DNA of 64,000 bases. It comes from Takakia lepidozioides. Taxonomy: Eukaryota > Plantae > Bryophyta. Both the position numbers and the translations under genes were made by a program. Where the stretch lies: NCBI GenBank assembly GCA_030704615.1, contig CM060731.1:67208001-67272000 (forward strand), given 5' to 3'. The notes under the pieces are model-generated. The model searched no databases and was not told the DNA's origin. It worked only from the letters and a program-made list of their open reading frames with translations. Below, one piece after another: positions 12,566 through 25,752 of the stretch; position 1 is the first letter of the stretch; each line of letters begins with the position of its first letter.

Positions 12566-15500
12566 ATTGGCATCCCCTGCACTTCTTGCGAAGAAGACCC
12601 GAAAACTAGAGTTCTGGCCCTCAAATACGCCTCCATGAGATGTTCTTCAGGAATCATGAGCCTTTGGTCTATGTTTGAACTCAAGTCCTCCACTTGAGTC
12701 TGCAGTGTATCCACATCCTCTTGGAGCTCTCCTATTCTACTATAGACATTGTCTATAGTAGTGGTGGCAATATTCTGCACTTGCAGCCTCAGGTCATTCA
12801 TCTCCCCCTGGGTGAGCTTTCTCGGTGCTTTCCCTTCCACTGGCCCTTGTGCTAACCATACTTTTAAAAGTTGGTCATCCACTCTGTCATGTGTAACATC
12901 TCTGAGACTCTGCTCCTCCTTGAGTCTATAGGCATCTAACTGCTCTTGCAATCCTTGCATGCGCTTCTCATGAGGTTCAACTAAATTGGCATAAGCTGCA
13001 GCCAGATTATTGGCTTCCCTCGCTACCTTGTTAGCTACAGAGAGTTGATTCCTATTCGACATAAGGGTCTGTTGTAACTCCACAATGTACTTCTCTTGGT
13101 TATGTGTCCCGACCCCCTGCCCTCAAGGCAAAGGGCCGCGACAAATACTCAAAGGCCTGAGAGGAGAAGAGGTAGCATGGGAGAACATCATGTACAACGG
13201 ACTGGTAGAGAAGATGAAAAGATTGCAGGGAACTGCCGCTAAATCTCCTATCATAGTATCTGGGCCAGTCATTGCACAAATCATCCTAGACTCATGCGTA
13301 CTTGATGCGAGAGAAAGAAAGGAAATGGGAGTGTTTGAAATAACAACCACTACCATAGAAGAGCAAGGTTCTTCACAGGGTGAAGGAGGATTGGCAGAGC
13401 ATCAACAGCCCAAAAGACAGAGGAAAGGGATCACGTTGGAAGCTGAACCATTAGCTACAAGGCAGCAGGAGGAAGAAGTTACTCAAGCTCTTGTGCAGGA
13501 GAGGGTACAGCAGCACAGAGATCAAGGATTTTAAACAACACAACCTGTGGAGAGGGAACAGGAAGTCAATTCAGTATCACAGCCATCACAGCCAGGTGAA
13601 CGGCTTGCCAAAGAGTTACCACAAGTGGTCCATGCGGTTCCTCCACAAATAATAGATTTGGAAACAGAAGGGTTAGATATTCCAACTACAGAGCAAGTGG
13701 TGGCAGAGATTGAGAGAGGAGATCTTCTCTATGAAGACTCTAGTTTGCTCAGAGAGAGAGTGGAGCCAGAGGTCCAAAATCTGTCCAGTGAACTTCCTGA
13801 TGTGCAGGTAATACCCCCACCAGCACCACAAGTTTCAGAAGAGGAACATCAGGACACAGCAGCATCTGGGAGAAATGAGGAAATTGAGAAGGAGGATCTG
13901 GTGGAGCAGTGGTCTGAGTGGTTTGTGAGGCATCATCCTATGGATGAGAGGGGTGAACAGCAGCATGTTAACCATGATGGGCCTCAGCAGGCTATGCTGA
14001 TGAACTCCATAAGCCGAACCCTCAATTTGTTGGGAACTTACATGAAGTCACATGTTCCAGTGACTCAGTTGGAAGTTCTGAAGGAGAAACTCAGAAAAGA
14101 GTTCGAAAATCGGTTGGCAACCGAGTGTGTTAACAAAGTTGAGATGGAAGTGCATCTGCAGTTGCAACAGGAGTTGAGGGAAACAAAGAATGCTCTGCAA
14201 TTTGCTAAGCAGCAACTGATTGAGGGGGGTCTGGAGCAAGACCATCTGCAGGAGATACACAAGCAGCAATTATTCCAATTGCAGAACAAGCATGAGGATG
14301 AGATGCAAGGACTAAAGGAACAACAGGCAGAGTTGGAGGTAGTACATCAAAGGATGACGGTGCAATGTGCCACCCTCACAAATGTTCTAGAGCAAGCCAC
14401 AACAGAAGCCAACCAGTAGAGGGAGCGATGTGTAAGGGCAGAAACGGAGGTAGTGGAGCAAGCCAAATTCATTGTGGACCTCAAAGATACAATATGTCAC
14501 AATGAGGGTGCTTTACAGCAATACAAACAGGTTGAGGCTCACTAGGTGGAGCCCCGCACACCGGGTTGCGGTGGGGGTGGCTCCACAAGGGGTGGTGGTA
14601 GCTTAGCGGGACATAGTGGGGGTGGCATAGGACTCACCATTGGGGCGGAGACCTCGTGGTGGGAGTCGTGGAGAGTCTTGGGACTCATCACGGTCCATAG
14701 GGGCCGTGGTGAGTGGGCCAAGACTCACCGCGACTCATCACCGGGAGTCGAGGGTTTTCGTGGTGGTTCGCCATAAAATGGCATGGCTGGTTGTGAAACC
14801 CCCGCGGACAGCTACAGAAGTATATATAAGGGGAGTAGTGACCCCGAGAACGGTGCAAGCCCGTTGGTGACCAAAAACTAGTGAGTAAGCGAGCGAGCCG
14901 GAAAGCGACCAAAGAGTGGGGAGTTGTTCCGTTCTCCTAGTCCCAAATAGGTGGAGGGTTTAGTGGGAAGTGAAGGGGGACCGTTATGTCCCGGTGAGCA
15001 GCCGAAGCTCCAAGTTGGCCCGGGCGGCCAGGTTGGGAGTCAGGCGCGCGCATCAAAGCGAGTAACTATGACTTGAAGGAGAGCTTACCGAAGTGAGGTG
15101 CGCGACAGTATTTCCTCTGTGAAGGATCTGCTCAAATACTGCTGGTTCTGTTTCATGGCAAACAGAACGTTCAATATCTGGCCTACCTCCTTGAGCCCTG
15201 GGTACACCGCTTTGGTACAAGCATAGCCTTGAGTTTTAAAGAAACTCCCTTCTTCAAACAAATCTTTCATCTGCAATCTAGCCCTGTGCTCGTCCACATG
15301 AACCTGACCTGCTGGCAATGAAAACAGTTGTTGTAGGTATAAGGGAGTAAGTTCTAATTCAACTCCCTTCACCATTGTGGCTCCTGTCTTTGGGTCAAAG
15401 TTCTGCAAGAATTCTAACATGTACTTCCGATGGTGCAATGTCCAATCCTTGTTTTGCAATCCTTGTAATCGCAGTTCCTCTAGTAACTTCACCGCGTATG

Positions 15501-15577
15501 GCGTCGCAATCGTCTGTTTCTGCAGGATTGTGGTGCTTTTCACCTTGATGTCCTCCATCCTTCTTACTCTCTTCATT
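12565..15577 (-). pseudogene. Gypsy accessory 3' ORF (plant-transposon-protein-like N-terminus plus coiled coil), split by a solo LTR and an inversion
   Basis: ..YMLEFLQNF..VKGVELELTP..LFSLP..FTEEIL (minus, to 15108) continues as ILKGLRGEEVAW.. on the plus strand at 13144-14542, then HNQEKYIVELQQ on the minus strand from ~13104. Confidence 0.7.
14543..15107 (+). mobile_element. Solo LTR nested in the Gypsy accessory ORF; its first ~38 bp are displaced to 13106-13143 by the inversion
   Basis: Ends TGTCGCG...CGCGACA with a 5-bp TSD AATAC/GTATT at 13144-13148 and 15108-15112; TATA-like tatatataag at 14821. Confidence 0.8.
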
Positions 15578-16192
15578 TTAGAGAAACTGTAAGGCTGTGG
15601 TTGTAACAACTGAAGTAATGCCTGCAGAGCACAAAGCACAAATGTATGATTGCCACAAAATGCTATGGGTAGTGTCCTGTAAACCTGCGGGGCTTGCAAG
15701 CATTGATCAAGAGAAAAGTTACTCTCTGTTCTTCTGTTTCCTCGCCACTGCGTGAGTAGTATCGCGAGCGTATAATCTGCTAGTTCCCTCATAGCTTCAA
15801 AACTATCGCATTGATTGTCTGTCCCGTCGAGACGCCCGTTACTTGGAACGACGCCGACTCTTACGCTCAGAACTTTTTACTTTCTTGAAGTTGCTCCTGC
15901 TTCATGATTGGCTGTAACCGCTGTGACTAGATTTTAGAATTAATTTTCTTTAGTGGATTTTCCCTGCTGGCCTGTCCACTAGGATAACACACGTGACAAG
16001 AAATTCGTTTTTCTGTACTCGCCGTATGTTCCGTTACCCTTTTTCCGTATGCATTAATGGGCCCGCCATCCATCCTCTTTGACGTAGTAGGTAGGTACTT
16101 TGACGGCCACTCCTGTCCTTTTTCTTGATGACACTTGTTCTTGCAGCTCCTTCTCAGCTGTGCGTCACGGCCTGACTTCCACGCGTCCACTT

Positions 16193-19100
16193 TTAAACTG
16201 ACTTCCGCCCTTTCTTCCGCCGGCCATTTCCCTGATGTTTCTTTCGTCCACCTGTCACTAATCCTATGGACTGTGTAATTCTGATTGGCTGTGTGAGGCT
16301 GTGACAGGCTGTGCCGCCCTGTGCTAGGCTGTGCGCGACTGTGTGACACTGTGCTGGGCTGTGATAGGCTGTGTGACCCTGTGTTGGGCTGTGATGGGCT
16401 GTGTGACCCTGTGTTGGGCTGTGATAGGCTGTGTGACCTTGTGTTGGGCTGTGATAGCTATTTAAACATCTGTGTTTTCCGCTCCTCACCGGTTTAACGA
16501 TAAGTATTCTATGCTCCGTTGGTGTTACTGGAACAGCCTGTATTTGCTCCTGTGGTTCTATATGCAAATCGTACCTCAATGGCTTGTCACGGATACCACT
16601 GTATCCTTTCAACTTGTTGGCATTGACCCTGCCCAGCATTTCTTTGTTAATGGTTTGTAACATGGCCGTGTTGTTATCATACATCTTTTGTATGACATAA
16701 GGTCCATTCCATGGCGATTTAAGCTTAGAAGCCTTAATCTTTCCCTTCTTTTGCAACCACAAAACCAAATCTCCTGTTTTGAAAGTCTTCAACTTCCCTT
16801 CATCAAACTGATCCTTCATTTTCATCTGTATTCTCGTCATGTTGTCAGCTGCATCAGCTCGTACTTCCTCCATATGGTATAATTCATGTTTCCTGACCAT
16901 AATTGAATCTTCCAATTCCATTCTTTTTCCCCATTCAGTTCTCATAGTAGGTAATAAAAACTCCACTGGAAGTAAAACTTCCATACCATAAACTAATTGG
17001 AATGGTGTATACTTAGTGGTGACTTTATATGAAGTCCTGTATGACCACAAAGCTGTCAGTAGCTTTGTATCCCAGTCTGTTCTGTTTGCATTGACTATTT
17101 TAGCCAAGATGGTACATAGTATTTTGTTGGTAGCCTCTGCCTGTCCATTACCTTGTGGGTAATAGGTTGTACTTTTCCTATGCACAATCATGAACTCCTT
17201 AGTCAAGAGTTCTATGGTCTCATTGATGAAGTGACTTCCCTGATCACTGATAAATTCCAGGGGACAGCCAAACCGTGTAAGTATGTTCTCATACAGGAAC
17301 CCGGCTGTGGACTTAGCTGTGTTGTCCCTCAGAGCTTTAGCTTCCACCCACTTTGTAGTATAATCAGTAGCTGTGATTATATACTTGTTCTGTGTATTAT
17401 TGGCTGGTGGGTTTATTGGTCCAACAAAGTCCAGTCCCCATTTCTGAAATGATTCAGTAGGCATTGTAGGATGCAAAGCCATCTTTCCAGACCTCTGCAA
17501 TGGTCCTAGCCTCTGACACTCATCACAAGTTTTACAATACTTGTGCACATCTTTGAACAAGGTAGGCCACCAGTAACCGGCAAGTAGTATCTTCCTACTG
17601 GTAGTCTCTTCTCCAAAATGGCCCCCTGCCACTCCTTTATGAATTTCTTCCAAAACTTTATCAATTTCATGGTGGTATAAGCATCGCTTCAGCAATCCAT
17701 CTGGTCCTAGCTTATACATTCTGCTTCCTACCATAGTGTAAGGTAAAGCCTTGATAGCAATTCTCTTTCTCTGCTCCTTCCCATAACTTGGTGGACATTG
17801 ACCATGAGTAAGATAGTATCTGATTGGCCATTGCCAATCTAACCAATCATCTGCACTTCCCTGCACCTCCACGGCAAATAAGCTCGCATCTGGTAATTGA
17901 TCATCTACTCCTGTGGCTGGTTCACCTGTTGATAACCGTGACAAGTGGTCCGCCACAAGATGCAGCCTCCCAGGCTTGTAAATAACCTCAAACTCAAATT
18001 CGTGTAAGATTATCAACCATCTTGCTATTCTTCCGCTTATCAGAGGTTTGTTTACAAAGTATATCAAAGCTTGATGATCCACATAGAACATAAACTTCTT
18101 ACCCAACAGGTAATGCCTGAATTTCTTCACTGCATAGATCATTGCCAATGCTTCTCTTTCTGTTGTGCTATAATTTCTTTCAGCATTGTTCATTAATCGG
18201 CTAGCATAGTACACAGGTGAATCTATCCTTCCTGTAACATTTTGGGCTAGCACCGCTCCTAATGCTTCTCCTGAAGCATCACAGTGAACATGGAACATTT
18301 CCTGCCAGTGAGGATTAATCAATACAGGTGTTGTTGTCATTGACAATGTCAGTTCCTCAAAAGCCTGTTGACATTCATCTGTCCATGCAAACACTGCGTC
18401 TTTTTTTAAAAGTTTGCTCAAAGGTGCTGCCATCTGTGCATACCTTCTGATAAATCTTCTGTAGTAGCTGGTTTGTCCCAGGAATCTCCTTAGACTCTTA
18501 GCATTTACTGGAGGTGGGGAGGTTTTAATGGCCTCCGTCTTTCTGGGATCCACTATAAGTCCCTTTTTACACACTATGTGTCCCAAAAGTACCCCTGAGT
18601 TCACACAGAAAGTACATTTCTCTGGATTCAGGCCCAGACCTCTCATCCTGCATCTGGCCAAGCACAACTCCAATTTATGTAAGTGCTCACTCTTAGAGCT
18701 ATACACACTGAAATCATCCAAGAACACCTGCATGAAATCATCAAGGTACTCCTGAAAAGATTCACTTATAACTCTCTGGAAAGTTGCTGGTGCATTACAA
18801 AGTCCAAAAGACATGACTTTGTATGCATAAGCACCCCAGTCTGTGATGAAAGCTGTTTTTCCTTGATCTTCCTCTGCCACCTGTACTTGATTATAACCAC
18901 TAAAGCCATCCATGAATGAATACATTTCATGGCCTGCCACAATGTCCAATACTGCTTCTGTGAATGGTAGAGGAAATGATCCTTCCTCGTACAAGCATTC
19001 AGCTTCTTGTAGTTCACACAAACTCTTAGTTTGCCATTTTTCTTGGGGACTATCACAATGGGTGACAACCAAGTTGTATACTCTATCGGGTATATAAATT

Positions 19101-20634
19101 TAGCTTCAGCCAACTTTTTGATCTCTTCTCCAACCTTCTCTGCATAGTTGGAATTCATCCTGTATCTCGCCTGTTTAACTGGTATTGATCCTGGTTCCAG
19201 TTCAATCTTATGTTGACAGATCTCAGGTGGTATCCCCTTCAGATCCTCATAGCTCCAAGCAAATACATCTCTGTATTTAATGAACAGACTCTTTGCTTCC
19301 TCAAAGAATTCTGGCTCTAGATCCGCCCCTACCTTCACCATCCTTGGTTCCTTCTCAGTTCCCACATTCACTTCCCTCACCTGCTCATCAGCTGTGATTG
19401 TCCAACCAGTTACTATTTCATCCTGTAGACTTATAGTGGCCGGTTCCTCTAGGATATCAATCTCTCCTTCCATTTCCTCATAAAAATGTGGTGGGTAACT
19501 ATTTATTTCCTCCTCAATTGGGGTTGTTGTCACTGCACCACAGTAGATACTTTTTAAACAACTCAGACCTTCTAATTGCATCTCTGCAACCTGTTCCCAC
19601 TCTGGGTGTGCAGCAAACAAAGTAGCTTCCTGTTCCTCATCCAGTCCTTCTTTCCAATCATACTCTCTGACCCCTCTTGGTCTTCTTGTAGCAGATAGTC
19701 TTTCAGATTTCTTAGTGGTGATTTGTATCTTGTTCAACCCATCCTGCACAGTCAGTAACTGTGAATTCCAATCATGAGACACTTTGGCCTGTTTCAGCCA
19801 TGGTCTTCCCAACAATAAGGAATAAGCTTCCAGGACTTCATTCATCTTCAACACAGTTACTGTGATCTTAAAGATCATCTCTTGAATCTGGATTTTAACT
19901 CCTCTGATCAATCCCAATGGCTGTACACTCCTTTGGTCTGCCATGGTTACTGTAAATGGGGCTGGTTTCATGTTGTTTAGACCTAGCTTTTGCCTCAATT
20001 GGTCTGTCATGATATTCACAACAGAGCCTCCATCTATCAGTACATCTGCCAGCTCTGTGCTTCCAATTCTCAACTGGATAACTGGCATAGAATCATCAAA
20101 ATCCATGATTGTTTCTTGCCCTTCTGGCCTCACATTATAACTGGTCACCTTGCTGTTCAGGTCTGTGTTCTCTGTCAAATGGGCAATCCTGTTGATTGCT
20201 TGATACAGCCTGTGTCTACAATAAGGTGCCACAGCTAATAGCTGTCCAATGGTAATTTCCACTTTGGACTGGCATATCACTTCAGCCAATGTCCCTTCCT
20301 TACCCTGCACTTCTGCGGCTTCCCTCTTTCCTTCTTCCTCACTGACTTCTTCTTCTCCTTCAGAGTCTGAGGAGTCTACCATGGGAATATCAGTACTCTT
20401 CTGCATTTCCCGTATGGTATCCGCCACTTCCTTGTGCAGTTCCTTCTCATCTCTCCAAGCCTCATCATCTTCAGGCACATCACTGTCATCTTCATTATCA
20501 TCAACTTCATCTTCCACTGGAGGTACTAATTTGGCTCTGCTTCTTGTTACTATCATTGTACTCACTTCCGGTACAATACATGGCCTAACCATGTGGGCTG
20601 CCACTACTGGCCCCTCATTCCCAGGAGCTCTCAT
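16193..20634 (-). pseudogene. Gypsy pol (protease, RT, RNase H, integrase), frameshift near 18975
   Basis: VLIDGGS; MDGFSGYNQ, FGLCNAPATFQR, FLDDF; CDAS..NYSTTEREALA; GHFG..CDECQ, WGLDFVGP, ISDQGSHF, GQAEATNK, WNGPY. Confidence 0.95.
16285..16460. repeat. 30-bp tandem repeat downstream of the integrase
   Basis: About 5-6 copies of ggctgtgtgaccctgtgttgggctgtgata; a related ctgtg-rich array lies at 24770-24920. Confidence 0.85.
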
Positions 20635-22068
20635 CTCATTCTGGTGTCTGATCCAGAATGGACAAGCCGCCTTACGATGTCCTGCCTGATTACAATAGTA
20701 ACACAGTTCTTCTCCATTGGGTCCTTGCCCTTGGTCTGTTCTGGGATTATTTCTGTAATCCTGAATCCCTGGCTGGAAATTCCCTCTTGGATTACCCTGA
20801 TAGCCACCCCTGGGATGTCCCTAGTAATCCCCTCTTGGATTACCTCTCCTTTCCATGCCATTGTTATAACCACCTGTCCTACCATAGTGGTCTTGATCAT
20901 TGTTTCTTCTTGGCTGGGGTTGCACTTGATGCACCCTTACCTGCCTAGGCTCTCTTACTGTTGTTCTTCTGTTGTAGTAACAATTCTCAGTAGAATGGTT
21001 ATCCATTTTACAGATAGTGCAGTGTTTCTCCTTCATGTGGCATTCAGTAGTGGTGTGGCCTTCATTCTGGCATTTTGCACACCAAACACCCTTCCTCCAA
21101 TGTGTTGCAGCCTCTGTGGCATACTTTTTCAAGATTTCTTCTAATCTCTTCTCATAATTTTCCCTCTTCATCTTTTCCTTCTTTTTACTCTTTTTTTTAT
21201 GCTCCATCTCCTCTTCTTCTTCTGACTCATCCTCAGAGTCCTCTTCATCTCTTTTCTCCTTCCTGAGCATTCCCAACTGCTCAATTATGTTTGCTGTTTC
21301 AAATGCCTCATCCACTGTATTGTGGGATAACATGTCTACTTTCTTTTGCAACTCTGGCCTTAGTCCATTCACAAACCAAGCCTTCTGCAATCCTGGTGCT
21401 GGTATGGCAGCCAACTTTTTCATCATCAACTCCATTTTCTCCATATACTCTTCAACAGTTTCATGCTTCTTCTGCTTCAGCTGCTGTAAACTCCCATACA
21501 CTTCATCCTCAGTTTTACTGGTCCTGAACCTATTTCAGAACGCTGTACTCAAGCCATTCCAGGTTAGGAAATGATTATCAGGGAATCTTGCATACCATTC
21601 ACTGGCTTTCTTTATAAGTGAACACGGAAACAGTCTCATCTTGGCATCATCGCCATTCTCATTGTTCACTATACACATGTGCTCAAATTGGCTAATGTGT
21701 ACATCAGGATCCCCTTTCCCTGAATATATCGGAAAAGGTGGTTTAGCCCGTGTTGGTTGTAATGCCATCTGCGACCCTACACCCTGCCCCCTGACAGTTG
21801 TTGGCCTTTTGGCTGATGCTGGTCCCTGTGGACCTGCCTCAGTTGCGCTACTTTCCACACTCCCTGTCCCCCCAGAGCCAGATCCAGGTCTTTCGCCTGA
21901 TCCCTCTGAGCCGACACCTTCGTTGGCCTGTGATCCAAGTGCTCCACTTGATCCAGGTCCAACGGGTTGGGATGTCCTGGTTGTAGTCTCAACCTCAGCT
22001 GTTGGGTCTACTTCTTCATATTCCTCATCTTCCAATTTCTTTCCTTGGTTTTCTTCTTCTTCACTCAT
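20631..22068 (-). pseudogene. Gypsy gag with zinc knuckles, one stop and one frameshift
   Basis: YSGKGDPDVHISQFE..LFPCSL..ASEWY..LTWNGL; LKQKKHETVEEY..WFVNGL; CAKCQNEGHTTTEC and CTICKMDNHSTENC. Confidence 0.9.
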
Positions 22069-22219
22069 GTAACTATTTTGTAATAATGTTGGAGAGTTTG
22101 AACTCTCCGCTGGTTCTGCATCCTCATCTTCTGCTCCCGAAACTGGAGTTCCTGCTCATGGTGTTCCATGCCAACTCTTATCAAAGATTTCTGCCAAATC
22201 TTTTATCCAGGGATGTACC

Positions 22220-23115
22220 TCAGATCTTTTCACCTCGTGGTTGATCTTCTTCCTCTGCCAAGTCCCTTAATCTTTCTTGCAAAGAAAAAGAAGGTGTGGT
22301 ATCCAACTCTAACTCCTCTGGTATAGGTGATGTACTCCCTGATCTCAATGGTGTGAGAGGTCCAGATGATTCCCCAATGTCTATTCCTCTCTCCCACAGG
22401 TATGGATAATGAGCTTTCAGATAACTTTCTCTTTTTGCTGAATATCTTTGGAGTCTAGCTTCTCTTTCATCACTCATGTCCCATATCTTTCATTTCTTTT
22501 AGTATGGCAACAACCAAAATTCTCTCCTGTAGTATCTCTCATATATGCCTGGGTTTCTTTCCAGCTTCAATGTACCTCTGGCTATACTGGAAGTCTCCGT
22601 TACCATATAACCATATGGTAAACAAGTCTGAAAAGCTGTTCTTGGTGTAAGTTTGATCCACAAGATATCCTTTGGAATCCAATTCTTTACCAATACAAGC
22701 TCCTCATGCATATGAGTGTAAACATTCACTTTCCTTTCCTCCCAGCTTTCAAACTCTACCTGCTTAATAGATAGTAAGGCTATCACATAAACCAATGTTG
22801 GTAACCACCGTGCTCTTCCTCTACAGGCTACCTGATAAATCTTTATCACTCCTTTCTCCAGACCCCATTCCGGATCAGCATCATGCACTCGCTTAAGAAT
22901 ATTTTCTTTACAACTGTCTGGCAATTCCAAGAACCTTTGAAAGAATTATTTGGACAATCTTTCTTCCTTCGTTCCACAGGGAATTTGATTCACTTCAAAT
23001 TCCTTAATCCTCCAACCACCATGATCCCACCAGATGCCTGTCACATCTGGTTGTTCATGACTCAGTTCCCCAGTATGGTCGCCAAATGTCACACGGCTTT
23101 TACTCACCCATCCCT
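22220..23115 (-). CDS. Extra ORFs upstream of gag, function unknown
   Basis: ORFs 22946-23140, 22499-22930 and 22220-22477 are co-oriented with gag and have similar composition. Confidence 0.45.
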
Positions 23116-23124
23116 TTGCTATCC

Positions 23125-24245
23125 GAGGGGGAAACTCCAAGATAGAAGAGTTGGATATCTCTAAGCATTCAGCACATGGCCAAGAAGTGCACGAAGCCCC
23201 GGCAATTGAACATGACTCGGGAGACCACAGAGCTGTCAGAAGATACCATCAGTCGCTTGGTGGAAGCGGTGGTCGCCAGGACTTGCAAGGTAGGCAAATT
23301 TTCTTGTGAGTTGTATCAGGAAACTGGCGCCTTACGTAAAGGGAGTCAGTTATTGTTCGTGGATGGGATAATATCCGGAACTAACGTGTCGTTGTTGGTG
23401 GACACAGGAGCGTCGCACTCCTTCAAGACACCGGCAATGGCACAAAAGCTGGGACTCCCGATAAGTGACGTGGGGGCCTCTATTGAGGTGCGTTCTGCCA
23501 AAGGAGAACCGCAATTGGCGAAAAGGTTGGCGTTTGATGTTCCTCTTCAACTGGGGAGTTGGGAGGGACGTGAGAACTTCACCATCTGCGAGATCGATGG
23601 AGTGGATCTCATTTTGGGGATGACCTTTTTGAGCAAATCCGGAGCGGTCATAGATGGCCACAAGAGAGTAGTCACGCTGCCATATGGGAATGGTGGCGAG
23701 GTCTTACGAGTGTCGGAAACGCCCAAACCCGTGGGAGGGCAAATAAACCTTGTGTCAGCAAGGGAGTGGGCCGTGGAGGAGGCACACGAGCCCCAGTTTT
23801 TGCTCTACATTAGAGAAGTGAAGGGAGAAGGCGATGGGGAGCCGAGCCCAGATTGGATCAAGGGGATTTGGAAATACCAGGATGTGATGCCGGAGGATTT
23901 ACCAAGCGGCTTGCCACCGCGAAGAGGAGTTGACCACAAAATTGAGGTGATACCGGGATCGGAACCGCCTGCCAAGGCACCCTACCGGTTGAGCCACAGA
24001 GAGTTGGTCGAGCTGAAGGCTCAGCTCAAAGATCTAATGTCAAAGGGGTACATCCGGCGAGTAAGTCACCTTACCTGGCCCCGGTGCTATTCGCAGACAA
24101 GAAGGATGGGACGCTGCGGATGTGTGTCGATTACAGGGCTTTGAATAAGGTGACTATAAAAAACCGGTACCCTTTGCCAAGGATCGACGATCTTTTCGAT
24201 CGGTTGGCAGGAGCGAAGAATTTCAGCCGGATCGATCTGCCGCGT
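23125..24245 (+). mobile_element. Internal fragment of a second, chromovirus-like Gypsy element (protease plus start of RT) without LTRs
   Basis: [67 protein letters not shown]. Confidence 0.9.
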
Positions 24246-25312
24246 GAAACAATCAGTCATGACCTGCAGCTAGTGAATCATTGTTGGGTTTCCTATTATA
24301 TTCCTTATCAGTTTATATTCCCTGTTTATCATGACCAGGTATCTTTTTAAGCGTCAGATTGCTTCTTGGGCCCCCCCTGATTTCATTCATACACAGCTTC
24401 ACTCAAGTCTCTCAACACAAGGTGTTTGTATCGGATGAGAATCAGATTAATCATAATCCGATACATGCTGATGTCCTAACTTCTCTAATCTATCCCTCTA
24501 AGTAATCCTACATCTCGTACTAACTCTGTCCTATAGTATCTCCTTCCTCCTCGCCAGCTTCCCTTCCTTCGATCTTAGTCCTTCCCCAGGAGTGATCTCT
24601 GTGGCTAAAGTCCCCCAGCAGTGATCTCCATCCCCAAAAAGTGATCCCCTCCCATCTCCGCTGCCTCTTTTTTCTCCTTCCCCCCTGTTCTAACCGTTTT
24701 CCTTCACTAACCGTCCTCCGTGAATTACATGTTCCCCACAGTCGTTCCCTGTCATGATAACCGTTCCCTACGACTGTGACAGACTGTGCGACTGTGTCAG
24801 ACTGTGACGATTGTTTCGAGTTGTGTCGGGCTGTGACTGGCTGTGTATGGCTGTGACGGGCTGTGACTGTGTCGGACTGTGTATGGCTTTGACGGGCTGT
24901 GACTGGCTTTGACGGGCTATCTCAAAAAATTAAGGGTACCCCTCAGAACCCATAGAAGTGTCTAAGTCCCAGACTCCACAGAACCCATAAAAAAATGCCT
25001 AAGTCTCAGACTGCCTCCTAACACAATGCAGCGAATCAAAATTTTTAAATACAATATCCACTAATTCACATACGTACAGATATAAACTAAAAGTAAATGG
25101 GAAAAACGAAATAACAGTAATAAACAAAGAAACCAAATATTAAATAAAAAGCCTCCCAATTCATATATATATATATATATGTATGTATGTTTGTGTATGT
25201 ATGTATGTATAGTGTATATATATGTATGTATTTTTATATTTATATGTATATATGTATATACACCTCCAGAGTGAAACATATTTACTAAAATGTGTCCTCT
25301 TTTACTGCTTCA

Positions 25313-25752
25313 CAGTAGAATATTACAATATACAAAGTCAAGCAAATTCACTATCACTGATTTACAGTCAAACCGTATACTAAACATCATGGAACATAGT
25401 CAATATGTTCCACTTCAGTTAAACCACTTTACTACACGTCATGCATCCACGTCACTCTGCCCTTAAGCCACTCACTACACGTCATGCATCCATCTTATAA
25501 TTCAGTTAAACCACTTTACTACACGTCATAGCCACGTCGCATCCACGTCATACTGTGCTGCCTACACGTCACCCCCTAGGTTTTACTGTCACATTTCACT
25601 ATCAGAACCTGGCATCTGGATTCGACTGCTTGACTGAAACGACTTGACCTTTGTCACGCATGTTCGACTATGGAGGCTGGGAGTAAAAATGTCGCAAATG
25701 ACTAAAAAATGAGTCAAATACAGAGTCGAAAAGCCCAGCTTGTATTGTAGTG
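25313..25752 (+). mobile_element. CACTA-like right terminus
   Basis: Ends TATTGTAGTG (reverse complement CACTACAATA); subterminal CTACACGTCA and GACT repeats; second copy at 42226-42677. Confidence 0.7.

Larger units (their letters stand above)
12565..25060 (-). mobile_element. Ty3/Gypsy LTR retrotransposon (non-chromovirus type with extra ORFs); 3' LTR lost, 5' LTR boundary approximate
   Basis: gag-PR-RT-RH-INT order on the minus strand, an upstream ORF region and a downstream accessory ORF; abuts the truncated MULE at ~12565. Confidence 0.9.
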
